From Azolla caroliniana (Eukaryota; Plantae; Polypodiophyta): 64,000 nt of DNA. Positions 12,811-26,400 of the stretch are shown here, one piece after another (within the stretch, counting starts at the first letter, position 1; each line of letters opens with the position of its first letter). Below the pieces are notes generated by a model, which searched no databases, was not told where the DNA came from, and worked only from the letters and a program-made list of their open reading frames with translations. The stretch is from the NCBI GenBank assembly GCA_043228905.1, contig JBHGNT010000020.1, positions 744,001 through 808,000 on the forward strand, in the 5' to 3' direction. A program made the translations under genes and the position numbers.

Positions 12811-15800
12811 TTACGCCAATGAACGTCCAAGAATGAACCATGTAGTTGTAAGTAATGCACCCACACTTGTATGAATGAAGAACCGGTCTAAAATAAAACC
12901 GTAAACAGATATGCCAGTGGAGCTACTCGAGAGAAAGTTCACTGCCATTGAAAATAAAAAAAATCATAGATCTGAGAGAATGATAGGAAATCCCAAAATT
13001 GCCTGTAAGCCAATAAACTCTGAGGTTTCACCCCTGCCCAACAAAAGGAAAAGGGACAATTGGCAGCATCACCATATGACTGTTTGCGGAAATTCAAAAT
13101 ACTCCATCCAAAATTTGAAACTTACAAAAACTCCAGTGAAGTATACTATGATTATAGAAACAAAAGAAAATGGATTTTTACCCTCCAAGCTAATCATCCA
13201 CTAATCTCCCTCCAAAGACATGCTAATCACCCTCAATGCGAATGCATTATCCACAATGAAACCATAATAACGCCCTAATCAACCATGATCAAGTGCTAAT
13301 CGTCCAAATGAGGTAGACGTCACCCCCTAATCAACCCCAATGAACAAAAATAGCCACTAACAAGCACCTAATAAAGACCAATCATGACTTCCCCCATTCA
13401 GGTGCCAGTATCATCTACAATTCAGCCAATAGCATTTTTATAGTTTTCAAATTTTGGATGGGTTTTTGGGAAATTCTCCAAATAGTAAGAGAATATTCTC
13501 AGTATTTTTTGCCGAAAAACAGAATGTGAGTGCGTATACTCAGTTAGAAACACAAAATAAATCAAAACTGTGAGATTTTCTATTTGTTTACCAAGAGCAG
13601 CACGCCGGCAGCACTCATCTTGGATCCTGCAAAAGTTGTTCAGCCTTTCTAATATACTATTAGTATCGTTTTTATCAGTTTGAATTTGTTGCATATTCCC
13701 TGTTTCAAATGTTATCCTTGCATGCATCGATGTCGCAGCTTTCACAATTCTACGATGCAGATGTGAAAGCTTAGAAGATGCTTTTAAACAAAGTCCAACT
13801 CCACTCAATGTCACCACATTGAGAATCTGTCACAAAATTGAAATGAATCATACATTATAGTGCATATTACGAAAAAAAAGTAAGTAATCCTTCTGCAAAT
13901 GATACTAATCTCTCTATATTTAGAAACCTCCTTAATCACCCTTACCACGACGAATAAAGGCCACTATCGCCAAGCACCCAAAGGTGGTTCCCTCACTTCA
14001 AAGATCTCTCCATCTTGTAGCAGCCCATGTTGGAGAGTTTTTGAAAACTACAGTTTCAGTCTCAGTTTAGAATCTTAACTTTAGACGCCTTCATTTTGGT
14101 TTGCTGCTCTCAAAATTGAGAAACATTGTCAAATATAATTCTTGTTTGGTCTTATAGGCTATTTTGGCCTCTTAAAAGGCGTTATTATCTCTCTATCTCT
14201 GTCCTTTGGAAGAAAGAATCTGCCAATTGTGTCACCAAGGAGTGGAATTTGATGAACGTTGTTTGCCACTGTACTGATTTTTTAAGAAAAGATACCATTG
14301 CCTTTATAGGGAAAAATGAGGACCAATAATAATCGGGGCTGTTCTTGCTAGAACTCAGGAGACATAGGTGAAATTGAAGGACTACAATACAACCACAAGC
14401 TCATTAACAAAGAACAATCATGACAGCCCCATCACACCTACTCAAGCTACAAGTCAATCATGGGCAACACAATTGGGCTCCCAACCCAGATCCCAGATAT
14501 TGCAAAGGGGTTATGATGGATCAGGCAATAGTAACATGGTGTGCATGTAGGCAATATACTCATGGACCACATTGGTCATATTTTTTATTACTCATATTGG
14601 CCCTTCATTGGCATTAATATATCATAATCATCATCTATCTCATGGATCACATTGACACCATTAAAGCTTGAGCACTCATATTACAACTTCCGAGTTTAGA
14701 AAGTGAGCCTGTACAGGGTTGGATGGGCCCCCAATCTTCCTTGATGATGACCTGATGAAGATGCAAATTGACCATAGAAACCAGCGATGCCATGGATCAT
14801 ACAAGAACAGGAGGGAAAGACAACAAATAGGGATTTGCAGCCTATAAGACAACAAAATAGAGCTACACATAACAGTTTGGAGCTACAACAGCGTACTTTG
14901 AACACACTAAGGTGGGACAAGACATGCACCTCATTACATATATATGCAAAAAACCAATACAAAGGTATGCCTCGAGGACTTTCAATGGGAATTTGCATAC
15001 AGGCAAATCACTGGAAAAAGTACATCATGAGGATCACATGAGATCACACTTGTCTTTCAATGAGCCTTATATCCATCCACACAGGTAGTGGAACAGGATC
15101 CAGAGGCTAAATACATGTGAATTCAACTTGAGCTCTCAGAGACACAAATCATATTCATTGCATTATGTTACTTACCTCCTTATAAACCAAAATATGCAAA
15201 ATCAAACAACAATCAGGGAACAGAGGGAGACGGAAATCAAATCAACCTATAGTGTCCTATCTGAGAGCGCAATGCAGTACTCTAGTGAAGTACTCATCAC
15301 GGAAGATTTCAATGCCAGGACACAAAATAGACCATGTGATACTATGACTTGAAAGACCCAGAAACAACGCATTCAATATCTTTGAAGGTCTGGGGAACAT
15401 GTTGGAGCTCAGCCAACACAGGATATGGAAATTTATCTACAACAGGATGAACTCTGGTCCAGGTTCTAGTTGCCTTACATGATCCCCACCCACTGGAAGA
15501 TGATGGGAGCAGAGTTGATTATATCCTCAAGAAAAAGAAAGCCACTCAAACTATCAACAACAAAAATTTGAGAGAACCCTGGGCTAAGTAACCTACCTAA
15601 CTCTCTCTCTCACTCTATCTCGTAAGTCATGTTTGGCCCCCATGGACACTAATATATCATCTCACAGCCATTTACAATATTTCAGAGTATTTCACACAAA
15701 CAAAAGAAAAAGCAAAGAACTCACCACTAACTCTACTGTCATGAATGTATCAATACCAGCACGTTCTGCTGCAACTACCTTGTACATGGAAGCAAGGAAA

Positions 15801-17607
15801 CCAACAATGGTAATTGTTATAATGAGCCCCAAGAAAGATCTAAATCTATGGCTCATTGCCTGGAGACCCTTCATAATATGGACATATTTGGTGAAGTAAA
15901 TCTCTGGTTCAAGTCCAGAATCAAGAAGTCTTTTGAACCTTACCATCTTCAGCTCCTGAATTCAGGGAATGCAAACATTAGTGCAACATTGGTCATTAAA
16001 GTAAGCTGATGCAATCTTTGTTAGGCCTTATAAGTTGTAGTCTTGTAGAGACATTATTATATCTTTCTTTCTCCCACGCACACACACGAGGGTTTGCAAC
16101 TTGATGTTTTAATGCATAACAAGACATGATACATTAAGGTATTTATATCTAATGAACATCCAACAAAAAGTACTCATTCTCATATTTATAAATTTACTTG
16201 AGATATTATGGATACATGATATAAACCTGCATATGTAGATCCGTCATATCAAATCACATACCTGTAATGAACAAACAGTTGAAAAGAGAACGCAAGAGTA
16301 TAAGTATGTCGTGGTCTGAAAAATCCACGAGATAGTAGTAAAAACAATTATTATCGAGATGCTGAGCACAGTGGTCGTTGTCTCGAATGGAAGCGGCTCC
16401 AAATTTACAACGGAGTAAAACCAAGACTTGAAGACCACATATATGATGAGTGATGGGATAAAGAGCTTTGCTAGAACCATCCTGCCTTGCTACATATAAA
16501 AGTAGGACTAACATTAGTGACATTATATATCAGGTTCCTATCATAGATGGGTAAAAAATCAAATGCCCCCAATTTATGAGAACAACTCCCACCCCATCCC
16601 CCCAGTTTCAAGACTCTCTGTAGCACAAAAATTACCTCTATTATTGCATCATAATCCTCTTGTAGTTCTGTTACTTCCTCTTCTGCAGCATCCAGAAAGA
16701 GAACTCCACGAAGCCCATGCTTCCTTATTGCTTGACTTAAAAAGAGAAAAGAAACAATTGATACCGCAGTTCCAACTACCACAACGAAGGGCTGAAAAAT
16801 TAACTGTCAAAGTCATGGATCAGCACATAACCAAACATGTTTAACTTCACACAAACCAAAATAAACATCGTAGGAATAAAGAGCAAACCATGGGTATTTC
16901 ATGGAGAGATTGATAGAAAATTAATAAAAACTTGAATTTTTTACCTTATGTTTGATATCATCTGCTGATGCTTTCACAAACCAAAGCCTAAGCATTGGGA
17001 TTATCACCATAAGCACCAAACAAACTGCCCATGAGATTAGAGATGCCCCATAGTGGGAATGATCCAATTGTAGAACTCGAACAGTTCGTCGGAAACTTTG
17101 TACCCTAAGTTTGTTCGCATTAGTCTCTTTCCTAAAAGAAATTAACAAAAAAATCTGATTATATTCAAAACGAATATAGTAGGTGAAAAAAAGGATGGAT
17201 TAAAGATGGAGCATATTAATGCATTACTAGGTCATGCACATAAATAGATCAATTTTCCATGATGGAAGGAAAAAATCAACCGCAGATGAAACATAGAAAT
17301 GCATACATACACATATATCATAAAACTTAAAACATACACATACATCATAAGTATACATATCTGCAGATATATCAATCGATATATGATCAAATTTGTCCAT
17401 GATGAGTATCAACTAAATGGAAAATACATTTACCTATATATTATGCAAGGCGTTCGTTTCAATGAATGAATCAAAAACATAAGATAATAAATAAATAAAA
17501 ATGATGTGAAAAAATGGAGGCCATATTGAATAGATGAATATACCATGGTTAGCCTTTATTCATGAATTGCATTGGCTTGGAATGAATGAATGAATGAATG
17601 AATGAAG

Positions 17608-17638
<31 letters not shown>

Positions 17639-17779
17639 GTGACACCTTTCTTCTGGGCAAGGGCGTAAGCAGAATGAATCAGCTCGGATGGTGATTACTC
17701 CGTTCTGCTTACAGTCGCGCTCCTCCTCATCCTTCTCCATCTTCTTCCTCATCTCTGGACCCAGAAGAGGGCCATCCAT
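12811..17779 (-). CDS. DUF3537-like multi-pass membrane protein, 7 exons, about 437 aa
   Basis: Exons 17779-17646, 17131-16945, 16803-16636, 16489-16262, 15955-15725, 13826-13592 and 12941-12811 all have GT-AG borders and total 1314 nt in one frame. Motifs IRKHGLRGVLFLD, SCVLFSTVCSLQ, SHRFRSFL and RAALVNFL..GISVYGFILDR match DUF3537 proteins from recall. Confidence 0.85.
13083..13483. repeat. Imperfect inverted repeat around CTAATC-rich sequence (possible MITE) in intron 6
   Basis: CCATCCAAAATTTGAAACTTACAAAAA (about 13106-13132) pairs with TTTTTATAGTTTTCAAATTTTGGATGG (about 13436-13462). Confidence 0.45.
14870..15540 (+). mobile_element. Degenerate LINE endonuclease (APE) fragment in intron 5
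   Basis: EVLITEDFNART (GDFNAR motif) near 15290-15320 and GSRVDYIL near 15505-15528. Confidence 0.55.
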
Positions 17780-17804
17780 GGCTAAGCCTCTGCTCTCAAT
17801 CTCT

Positions 17805-17833
17805 CGCTGTCGCTGTCGCTGTCACTGTCACTG

Positions 17834-17874
<41 letters not shown>

Positions 17875-17930
17875 CTGTCACACGAGGGTGGAGGTGCGGA
17901 GGGAAGGGAAAAACTTATACATATACACAC

Positions 17931-18009
<79 letters not shown>

Positions 18010-18136
18010 TAACACATAACACATACACATACACATAACACATAACACATAACACATAACACATAACACATACACATAACACATACACATAACACATACA
18101 CATAACACATAACACATAACACATAACACATAACAC

Positions 18137-18191
<55 letters not shown>

Positions 18192-18420
18192 TACACCTAA
18201 CACATACACATAACACATACACATAACACATAACACATAACACATAACACATAACACATAACACATAACACATAACACATAACACATAACACATACACAT
18301 ACACATACACATACACATAACACATACACATAACACATACACATAACACATAACACATACACATAACACATAACACATAACACATACACATGCATATGCA
18401 TATGCATATGCATACGTATA
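17805..18420. repeat. Compound microsatellite: (CTGTCR)n, (CT)n, then about 470 bp of interleaved ACACAT and AACACAT units
   Basis: Direct reading. It lies immediately upstream of the DUF3537-like ATG. Confidence 0.95.
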
Positions 18421-19279
18421 TATGTATATGCATCTGTATGTACATACCATACATTACATCGGAAGAATCATCATGATGTCGCCTTACGGTGCCAACTCAT
18501 TAACATTACGACGGCAATGAGGTTCGTGTCACTTGATCCCTGGTGCTAAATAAAGACGGTAATGAAACCAACCACAATTTTGTTTTTTAAAAATCTACAT
18601 TGTCGGCTCGCCTCGCCTCGCCTACCACATGTCACTCGGCTACTCTCGTATTTTTGTCTGTTTGCTTTTTAGGTTTGACTTATATCCTCCTTTGTGCTGC
18701 ATTTTTGAGCTTTTGAATTGACACATTGTTTAAGGAGGGGTAGGGGACAAGCATTTGCTTGTCTTTTTGAGTGCTGATTTATATTCTTATTCTTCTCTTT
18801 AGATAGTTTTATGAATATATGTATCCACATTAATCATACACAGATCAAACACTGCCTAACTATAGTCTATTGCGGAAGGGATTAGGTTATTATGCATTGA
18901 CCTGTTGGCAAGAGTCTCATTCAAGAACGCTCTAGTATTAAATAAAGATATATCATGCTTGTTTACGGCAACGAATAAAAGTGTTGGAAGATGTACTTCC
19001 CAAAAGTACACATATGTATAGGTGAAAAAAAAATCAATCTTGTCAAAGGTTCCAGAATCCATAGATAGCCTTGACACTTGTACAATACCTATAAGCCATT
19101 GTACTCGATCTAGATGTATCGAATAGAACAACATGAGTGTTTTGTCTCTTCATGATTGATCTATAAACATTAACATAACAACAACATATAGTGTATCTTC
19201 TTCTATTTTTAAATTCAAGTTCATATCTCCTCTCAATTACCTTGTGCCTCAATCCTTCAAAATTTCTTAAGTATTCTTC

Positions 19280-19445
19280 TACTAACTATAATTTCACCTA
19301 AAACATTTACTAAATTCTTCAAGGGAATTGTTCTTTCTCTATAATTTCACCTAAAAGATTTACTAAATTCTTTAGAGAATTGTTCATTCTCTATTATTTC
19401 ACTTAAAAAAATTACTAAATTCATTAAGAGAATTATTCTTTTTAT
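19280..19445. repeat. About three copies of a ~52-bp tandem repeat
   Basis: CTATAATTTCACCTAAAA..TTACTAAATTC...GAATTGTTC repeated. Confidence 0.75.
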
Positions 19446-20027
19446 TATTCTTCTTCTCTACATATTTTTCTTTTTGCTCAACAAGTTTCCAATTTTTATA
19501 AGAAAATATTAATGTATTTCTTCATTTTCATTTTTTATTTTCTTATATATTTTGTCCTTTTCTTTTTCCCATCTTTCTCTTTTGCTCTCCAAAGCAACTT
19601 GACGTAGAGTAGAAACAATTAAGAAGATAAGGGAACGTGAGGTACGCCGGTATCTTTTACATTGGGACCACGGGCCACCTCCACATCGAAACCCGTTGAC
19701 CTCCCACTTCTTTTCGAGAGACTTGGATGGAAATGAAACTAGGCCTAGTATAAAGTCATTTCCTTATAGAACATGTTTTTTTTTGCTAGAACTCTTTAGC
19801 TTACATTCTTCTTCTTTCTTTTACTTTCGATGAATGGGTAAATACCCCATTTTTATTGTAAACCAATTGTCTCATGGGCCCATTTTGGTCTTAGAAGACG
19901 TTAATATATCTTTCTTTCTTACTTCTTGTTGACATTAGTGGCCAAAACTATGTGGCAATGTTGGTTTATGAGGGGGTTGGAGGAACATGTGTTTGTGTTG
20001 AAGGCAATGTCAAATGGAGAATCTTAC

Positions 20028-20454
20028 TGTCAAGATTCGAACTCTTGACATGACGATGTTATGATCGAGTGTTATGTGTTAACCACACATCTAGCATATA
20101 ATCATGTATATACTTCCTAGCATCATGTGTATAATTTCTCCCTTGTATTATTTACACTTGGCACATGCATGCGTACCTATTGCCTACATGCTCTATTGTA
20201 TCACATGCATGCAACAGGTATGCATGCCACTTAGTATAAATAGTTGAGCTCACCTTGAAGGAATTCAAGGTGAACAACGCCAGTCATGGACATATCAATC
20301 TAGTATTCCCATTTCGCCCATCCTCTCTCCTTGATCTTCATCTCTATGTTTATGCTCTTGTGTCATTCCCCGTCTTAAGTTCCTCGTGTCATCGCTCTGT
20401 CATAGCCTCATCATCCGTGCTCCGTCTTAGTCTGCGCTTGGTGTGTCCGTGACA
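20028..20454 (+). mobile_element. Solo LTR (427 bp)
   Basis: TGTCA...TGACA termini, perfect 5-bp TSD CTTAC (20023-20027, 20455-20459) and TATAAATA near 20236. Confidence 0.9.
20030..20095 (-). promoter_or_regulatory. tRNA-like A/B-box module at the LTR 5' end
   Basis: On the minus strand, TAGATGTGTGG (20093-20083) and GAGTTCGAATC (20044-20034), the latter inside a T-arm-like hairpin TCAAGA-GTTCGAA-TCTTGA. Confidence 0.55.
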
Positions 20455-20504
20455 CTTACTCCATCATATCCGTGGGTATGTATGGCACACAATCCATCTT
20501 AATC

Positions 20505-21095
20505 TTAGTATAAGTGAAGAGGATGTTCCTAAAACAACATTTCGTACAAGTTATGGCCATTATGAGTTTTTGGTCATACCTTCTGGTTTGACCAATGCTT
20601 CAACCACATTTCAACAAGAAATGAATGACAAATTTCAAGAACAACTTGGAAAATTTGTCATTATTTTCTTGGATGATAATTTATTTATGGTCGTACATTA
20701 GAAGAACAAGGTAAGCATGTATGTATTGTTTTACAAACATTGTGCAACAAATAGTTATGTGTGAATATCTCTAAATACGAGTTTTTCGCGAAATTAATTA
20801 TATATATTAGACATCTCAAAACTGAACGAGGAATCGAAATTGATCCTTCTCACATTGAGAAAGTCAAACTTTGACCCACTCTTTGAAATATTCGAGAAGT
20901 TCGATCATCCTGTGGTTTTGTCAAGTTTTTGCGAAAATCTCTTCGCAATTACTCCCAAATGATGATGTCATTTATTGATATTCTTAAAGGTCAAACGTGT
21001 AAGTCTACAAAACCAATAGTATGGAATGCTACATTAGACCTCGCATTTAAGGAACTCAAAGATCAAGTGTGTAAGGATCCTTCGATTCTTTTACT
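20505..21095 (+). pseudogene. Degenerate Gypsy RT fragment of the same family as 51180-51760
   Basis: [32 protein letters not shown] and KSTKPIVWNATLDLAFKELKD are near-identical to the downstream copy. Confidence 0.85.
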
Positions 21096-21115
21096 GGTGT
21101 CAAGACGTTAAATGT

Positions 21116-21590
21116 TGTCGCTAAGTTTCGCATGTGTATGTCACTTGAGGAGAACCGCGGGGGCCTTGGACCAGGGAGTAAGAAAGGGCGAGAAAGTTGG
21201 AGATTCAAGTTTTACACTTGGTTGAGGGATTAAACACGAGATTAAGACAAAATCATGGGAAAATAGAAACCTAAAACTCGAGTCCTCTGATATGTTGAAG
21301 AAGAAAAGTAGAACGAAGAAGCTCTCAAACCCAAGAAGAAGAAGAAGAAAGAAAGAGGTGAAACACTACATGGTACACCCTCTAAGGCTAAATGGGCGAC
21401 ATCTAAATAAGCCCTCTTCTTCCCTTTTTATACAGCATTCAATGCATTTATTATTTCCTTGGCTTTACAAAAAAAGAAAAAGGGGGGGATAAAATACTCC
21501 CTTATATGCATCAGGTGAGACAAACACTACGCCCCTTTGTACACACAAGTTAGCCCTAACCACTAGACTACCAACACTTAGTTAATATAA
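21116..21590 (-). mobile_element. Truncated LTR, inverted homologue of the LTR starting at 21782
   Basis: Starts TGTCGC and has the GAACCGCGGGG..TGGACC motif. 21270-21575 is reverse-complement similar to 21885-22240. Confidence 0.7.
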
Positions 21591-23008
21591 TATATGGACC
21601 AAAAGGTAAATTTGACTACCAACTCTAGGATCCGGAAAACAGACAAGTCATCCGAAGTTTGGATGCCATTTTCAATGAGTCGTAGATGCACACACCGGCC
21701 GAAAGGCTGATTGAAGTCACTGTTTTAGACATTCCGACTCTTCTCGATGGACCAACCCAAAACACAAGAGCGGCAACACGGTGTCATGGTGTGGTGTGTC
21801 AAGTGTGAGGAAATGAGAAAAACCAAGGTTCCAAGTACACTTCGTGAAGAAAATATACTTAAAAAAATATATAATAAATCAGTGTTAGTAGTTTAGCGGT
21901 TAGGTTTATTGTGTGTGTACAAAGGGGTGTGGAGTTTTAATCTCTCCCAAAGTGTATTAGAGAGTATTTTATCCCCACGTTTTTCTTTTCTTTTAAAGCT
22001 AAGGAAATAATAAGAGCATTGAATGCTAAAATAGGTGCCTCTTTTCCCTCTATAAAGGGAAGAAGAGGGCTTATTTAGAGGTTGCCCATTTTGCCTTAGA
22101 GGGTTTACCATTTAGGGTTTCATCTCTTTCTTTCTCCTTCGTCTTCTTCTTCTCGGTTTAGGGTTAGAGAGTTTCTTTTTTCTACTTTTCTTCTTTTCTC
22201 ATCAACATACTAGAGGACTCGAGGTTTAGGGTTTTTATGTTCCTTATGAGCGTCTAGGGTTCCTCTTTCATGTGAGTTTTAGGATTGCAAGTTTTGCATC
22301 TATTCTTCTTCTTACTTGAGAGTTAGGGTTTGGATTTGGGATTTTTCTACAATAGCTTATTTGGCATCTCGGTGGTGGTCAACTCTGTGGCTTAGTTGTC
22401 TTCTCCAAGATGGAGAACGATATGTGTGATTGCGGTTTCGGGTTAAGGATGGGATAACTGGGTGGTTGGTTACAAAAGGGAGATTGTAGTGGCACGAGAG
22501 CTACTCTGAATCGAGGCAATGTAACTGTCGGAAGTAGTCGGGCTTGGAGCCCACTAGACTCGCCTTCACTGGATTATTTTTAGCCCTTTTGTGTTGATTT
22601 GTAGTCGTTGTTGAAATTATAATCGTAAAATCGATTCTATGTAAAAAACCATTGAAATCATGGTATTAAGCCTAACCATTGTTTGAACCCTATTTATCAT
22701 AACTTATATATATATATATATATATATTCCCCATGATTTTGTCTTAATATCGTGTTTAATACCTTAACTAAGCGCGAATCTCCAATTTCCTCACCCCTTT
22801 TGACTCCCCGACCATTGAAATCATGGGGAATATATATATATATATATATTTCCCATGATTTTGTCTTAATATCGTGCTTAATACCTGAACTAAGCGCGAA
22901 TCTCCAATTTCTTGTTGTCGAGACTTGTGGGTAGAAGATAGAGTGAGAGCGAGAGCGAGAGTGAAAGAGAGAGGGTGTGTGTGTGTGTCTGTGCGTGAGA
23001 GAGGGAGG

Positions 23009-23045
<37 letters not shown>

Positions 23046-23179
23046 GACTTGAAATAGAAATGAGATTATATTATGATGAAACAAGATCACAATGAGTAGG
23101 CTAAGGGCTAAAGACTGGTGTTGAACCGAATGAGTTGAAATGAATGTATGGACAGTTATTTATAGGTCCTTATGGAGTA

Positions 23180-23280
23180 TTCTAGAATGTTCTAGAATAT
23201 TTTAGATTTTATGATAAGAAATATAATCATGAAATATTAAAGGATGTTCTAGAATAATCTAGAATGTTCTAGAATATTCT
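23180..23280. promoter_or_regulatory. Heat-shock-element array in Tcn1-like LTR U3 (copy at 28518-28617)
   Basis: TTCtaGAAtgTTCtaGAA and TTCtaGAAtaaTCtaGAAtgTTCtaGAAtaTTC are alternating nGAAn pentamers just upstream of the minus-strand TATA. Confidence 0.65.
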
Positions 23281-23333
23281 AATATCTTGTAATAACTAGA
23301 AACATAATTATTATAATCACACAACATATATGT

Positions 23334-23392
23334 TATTACAATGGTTAAGGGTTCAACACATAGACCAAGAAGTCGTGGGTTCGATTATTGAT
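23334..23392 (+). promoter_or_regulatory. tRNA-like A/B-box module in Tcn1-like LTR (copy at 28672-28730)
   Basis: TATTACAATGGTTAAG ... GAAGTCGTGGGTTCGATT(C/A)T. Confidence 0.55.
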
Positions 23393-23408
23393 AACCAAAA
23401 TGTTGTTT

Positions 23409-26400
23409 TCATGACATTATCCCCCCTTTCGATGACGAGTTCCACGAGTCTGGAAGACAAGAGTTTGGACTTGGTTTATGGGGATATTTGTCGTGAAATG
23501 CAACAACCATGTCGGAGGCATTAGCAAGATGCTCGGCAGGCTCCCATGTTGGATCATTAGGTGTATAACCTAACCAATCAACCAAATAATATAGTTTGTT
23601 GCGGATGATCTTGGAGTCGAGAATAGCATCAACCTCATATTCAGAGCCGTTGGAAACTTCGATTGGAGGTGGGGGAGGTGTAAGATGACCCGGAATAGAG
23701 CTTGTTGTGTAGGGCTCCAAAAGTGAAACATGGAAGACCGGGTGAAGACACATATGAGGAGGGAGATCAAGATGAAATGTCACATCATTGATCTTACCAA
23801 AGATCACATATGGGTCGAAATGTTGATAATCCAATTTATAGCAAGGTCGGGTGGTTTTAATGCTACCTTGTAAGAGCCATACACGATCTCCTACTTGAAA
23901 CATAGTCAATGAATCATGCTGATGACGATCATCAATCTTCTTTTGAGTGTTTTGGGCATCACATAAATGATGCAAAAGTATATCTTGAATTTCTTGGAGT
24001 CGAGTGAGCCGATCTTCAGCAGCTGGGTTTTTTGGGAGTTCGGGATGTTCAAGCATCGTCCAACAAGGATGGTACCCAATGTTAGCAAAAAATGGGGAAT
24101 AGCCAGTAGAAGAATGTTCAGAGTTGTTGTAAGCAAATTCCGCCAAATGTAATAAATCCACCCAATCATCTTGTTGATAGTTGACAAAACAACATAGATA
24201 TTGTTCGACTGTTTGGTTGGTGCGCTCACTCTGCCCATTAGTCTCTGGATGGTAGCCGGAAGAGAGTTTACAAGAAGTATGTAAGAGTTTGAACATGTGC
24301 CGCCAAAGTTTCGAGATGAATTGGGGACCCCGATCACTGATAATATCATCCGGAAGACCATGATGGCGAAACACCTCCTGCATGAGTAAATCGGCTATCT
24401 CTTGACTAGTAATGGTCTTCGTGCATGGAAAGAAATGCGCCATCTTCGTAAAATGATCGACTACCGTGAGAATAGAATCAAATCCCTTGGAAGGTGGAAG
24501 ATCCGTAATAAATTCCAAGGAAATAGATTTCCATGGGCTCTCTGGAATAGGCATTGGCTGTAATAGGCCATATGGATGATGTCGAGGCTTTTTTGATCGG
24601 CAACATGTATTACAACTACAAACATAATCCGTAACAAAATGGCGAAGCCGTGGCCACCATTATCGGCGAGAAATCAACTCAAAAGTCTTGTGGATGCCGA
24701 AATGTCCAGCCATTGGCGTGTCATGACATTGTTGCACGACTTTGAATCGAGAAGGACCGTCAGGCACATACAAGAGAGTTTGTCGAAAAATCAAACCATC
24801 ATGCCAATTGAACTAGGTGTAGTCTAGACGAGGATTTTGAGATTGGGAGCTGGAAGCACGATCTGGGATAATATGACTCAAAACCTCTTGGGCGAATGCA
24901 TCTGTCGCAATCTGCTCCCGAATGGAATCAAGAAGCCTCGAATCTCCTGGTGTGTTGATAGTATGTATTGCCATTACTTGTAGACGATCAAGACCTAAGA
25001 GGATTTGCTTTTGACTTTCAAATGCGGCCTCTCCTGGTTGAAGTTCCATATACAAACGTCGAGATAAAGCATCTGCTTTTCCTTGTTGCATCCAGGGCAA
25101 TATAGAATTACAAAATCAAAACGAGTTAAGAACTGTGCCCAACGAGCTTGTCGACGATTCAAGACTCGAACACTTTGGAAGTATGTTAGATTTTTGTGAT
25201 CATTGAAGACAATAATATGTTGAGAAGAACCCTCCAAAAAATGATGCCATTGTTGAAAAGAATCCACAATGGCAAGAAGCTCTTTGTTGTGAATCTCATA
25301 GTTGATTTTTGTGGCTTCAAATTTCCGTGAGTGAAAAGCCACAGAGTGCAGTTCGCCATCTTCACCAATCTGGGATAGTACGCTTCCGAGTGCGAAATCA
25401 GATGCATCAGCTTCAAGTATAAAGCGCCTCATTGGATCGACATGCATTAAAATTGGTGCAGATGTAAACGCTTGCTTTAAACCCTCAAATGTAGAGTTTG
25501 CATCTATACCCCATACAAATGGTTGATTTTTGCGCGTTAGTTGAGTGAGGGGCAATACAATCTTTAAATAATCTTTGATAAACTTGCGATAAAAGTTTGC
25601 GAACCCCAAAAAACATTGTACATCTCGCACAGACTATGGTGTTTGCCAATCCAAAATTGTTTGAACCTTTGATGGATCCATAGAGATGCCATTTGAAGAG
25701 ACTATGTACCCCAAAAATTCCACTTGACACTAATCGAAACTACACTTCTACAATTTTTCATAGAGACCATACTCTCATAACCGTTGCAAAACTTGGCGAA
25801 CAAGTATCTCATGCTCCTCTTGAGTTTTTAGTAGATCAAGATATCATCCAAGTAAACTATGATGAAGATATCGAGGAAGTCTCGAAAAATGTCATTCGCC
25901 ATATGTTGGAAAACTGTTGGTGCATTCGTGAGACCAAATGGCATCACTGTATATTCAAAATGACCATAGCGAGTGCGGAATGCGGTCTTCCATTCATCCC
26001 CAGGACAAATTCAAACAAGGTTGTAGGCACCTCGAAGATCTAACTTCGTGAAATACTTTGCTCCGCTGAGGCGTTCTAGAAGGATTGAGATCAATGGTAG
26101 AGCATATCGATTTCTAATAGTCACTTTATTCAAGCCCCGATAATCCATGACCATACGAAGCGTACCATCTTTCTTCTTAACAAAAAAGAAGGGTGCACCA
26201 GCAGGAGATCTTGAATGTTGGATAAAACCATTTGCCAGGTTCTCATCGATATATTCTCGAAGAACTGCTAACTCCATGGGCGAAAGGTTATAAATTGGCC
26301 CCCATGGAGGCTCTTTTCCTGGCTGCAAATCAATCAGGCAATCATAGGGTCGATGCTCTGGTAATCTATTAGCCTTCACCTTATCGAACACATTGGAGAA

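Noticed and set aside
12715-12812. TTTAGGG-like motifs after the DUF3537-like stop
   Set aside because: Only a few degenerate units (telo-box-like), not a telomeric array.
17688-18454. ORFs rich in C/V/Y/M/H
   Set aside because: These are translations of the microsatellite.
19280-19445. CRISPR-like array
   Set aside because: A plain tandem repeat without unique spacers, in a eukaryotic context.
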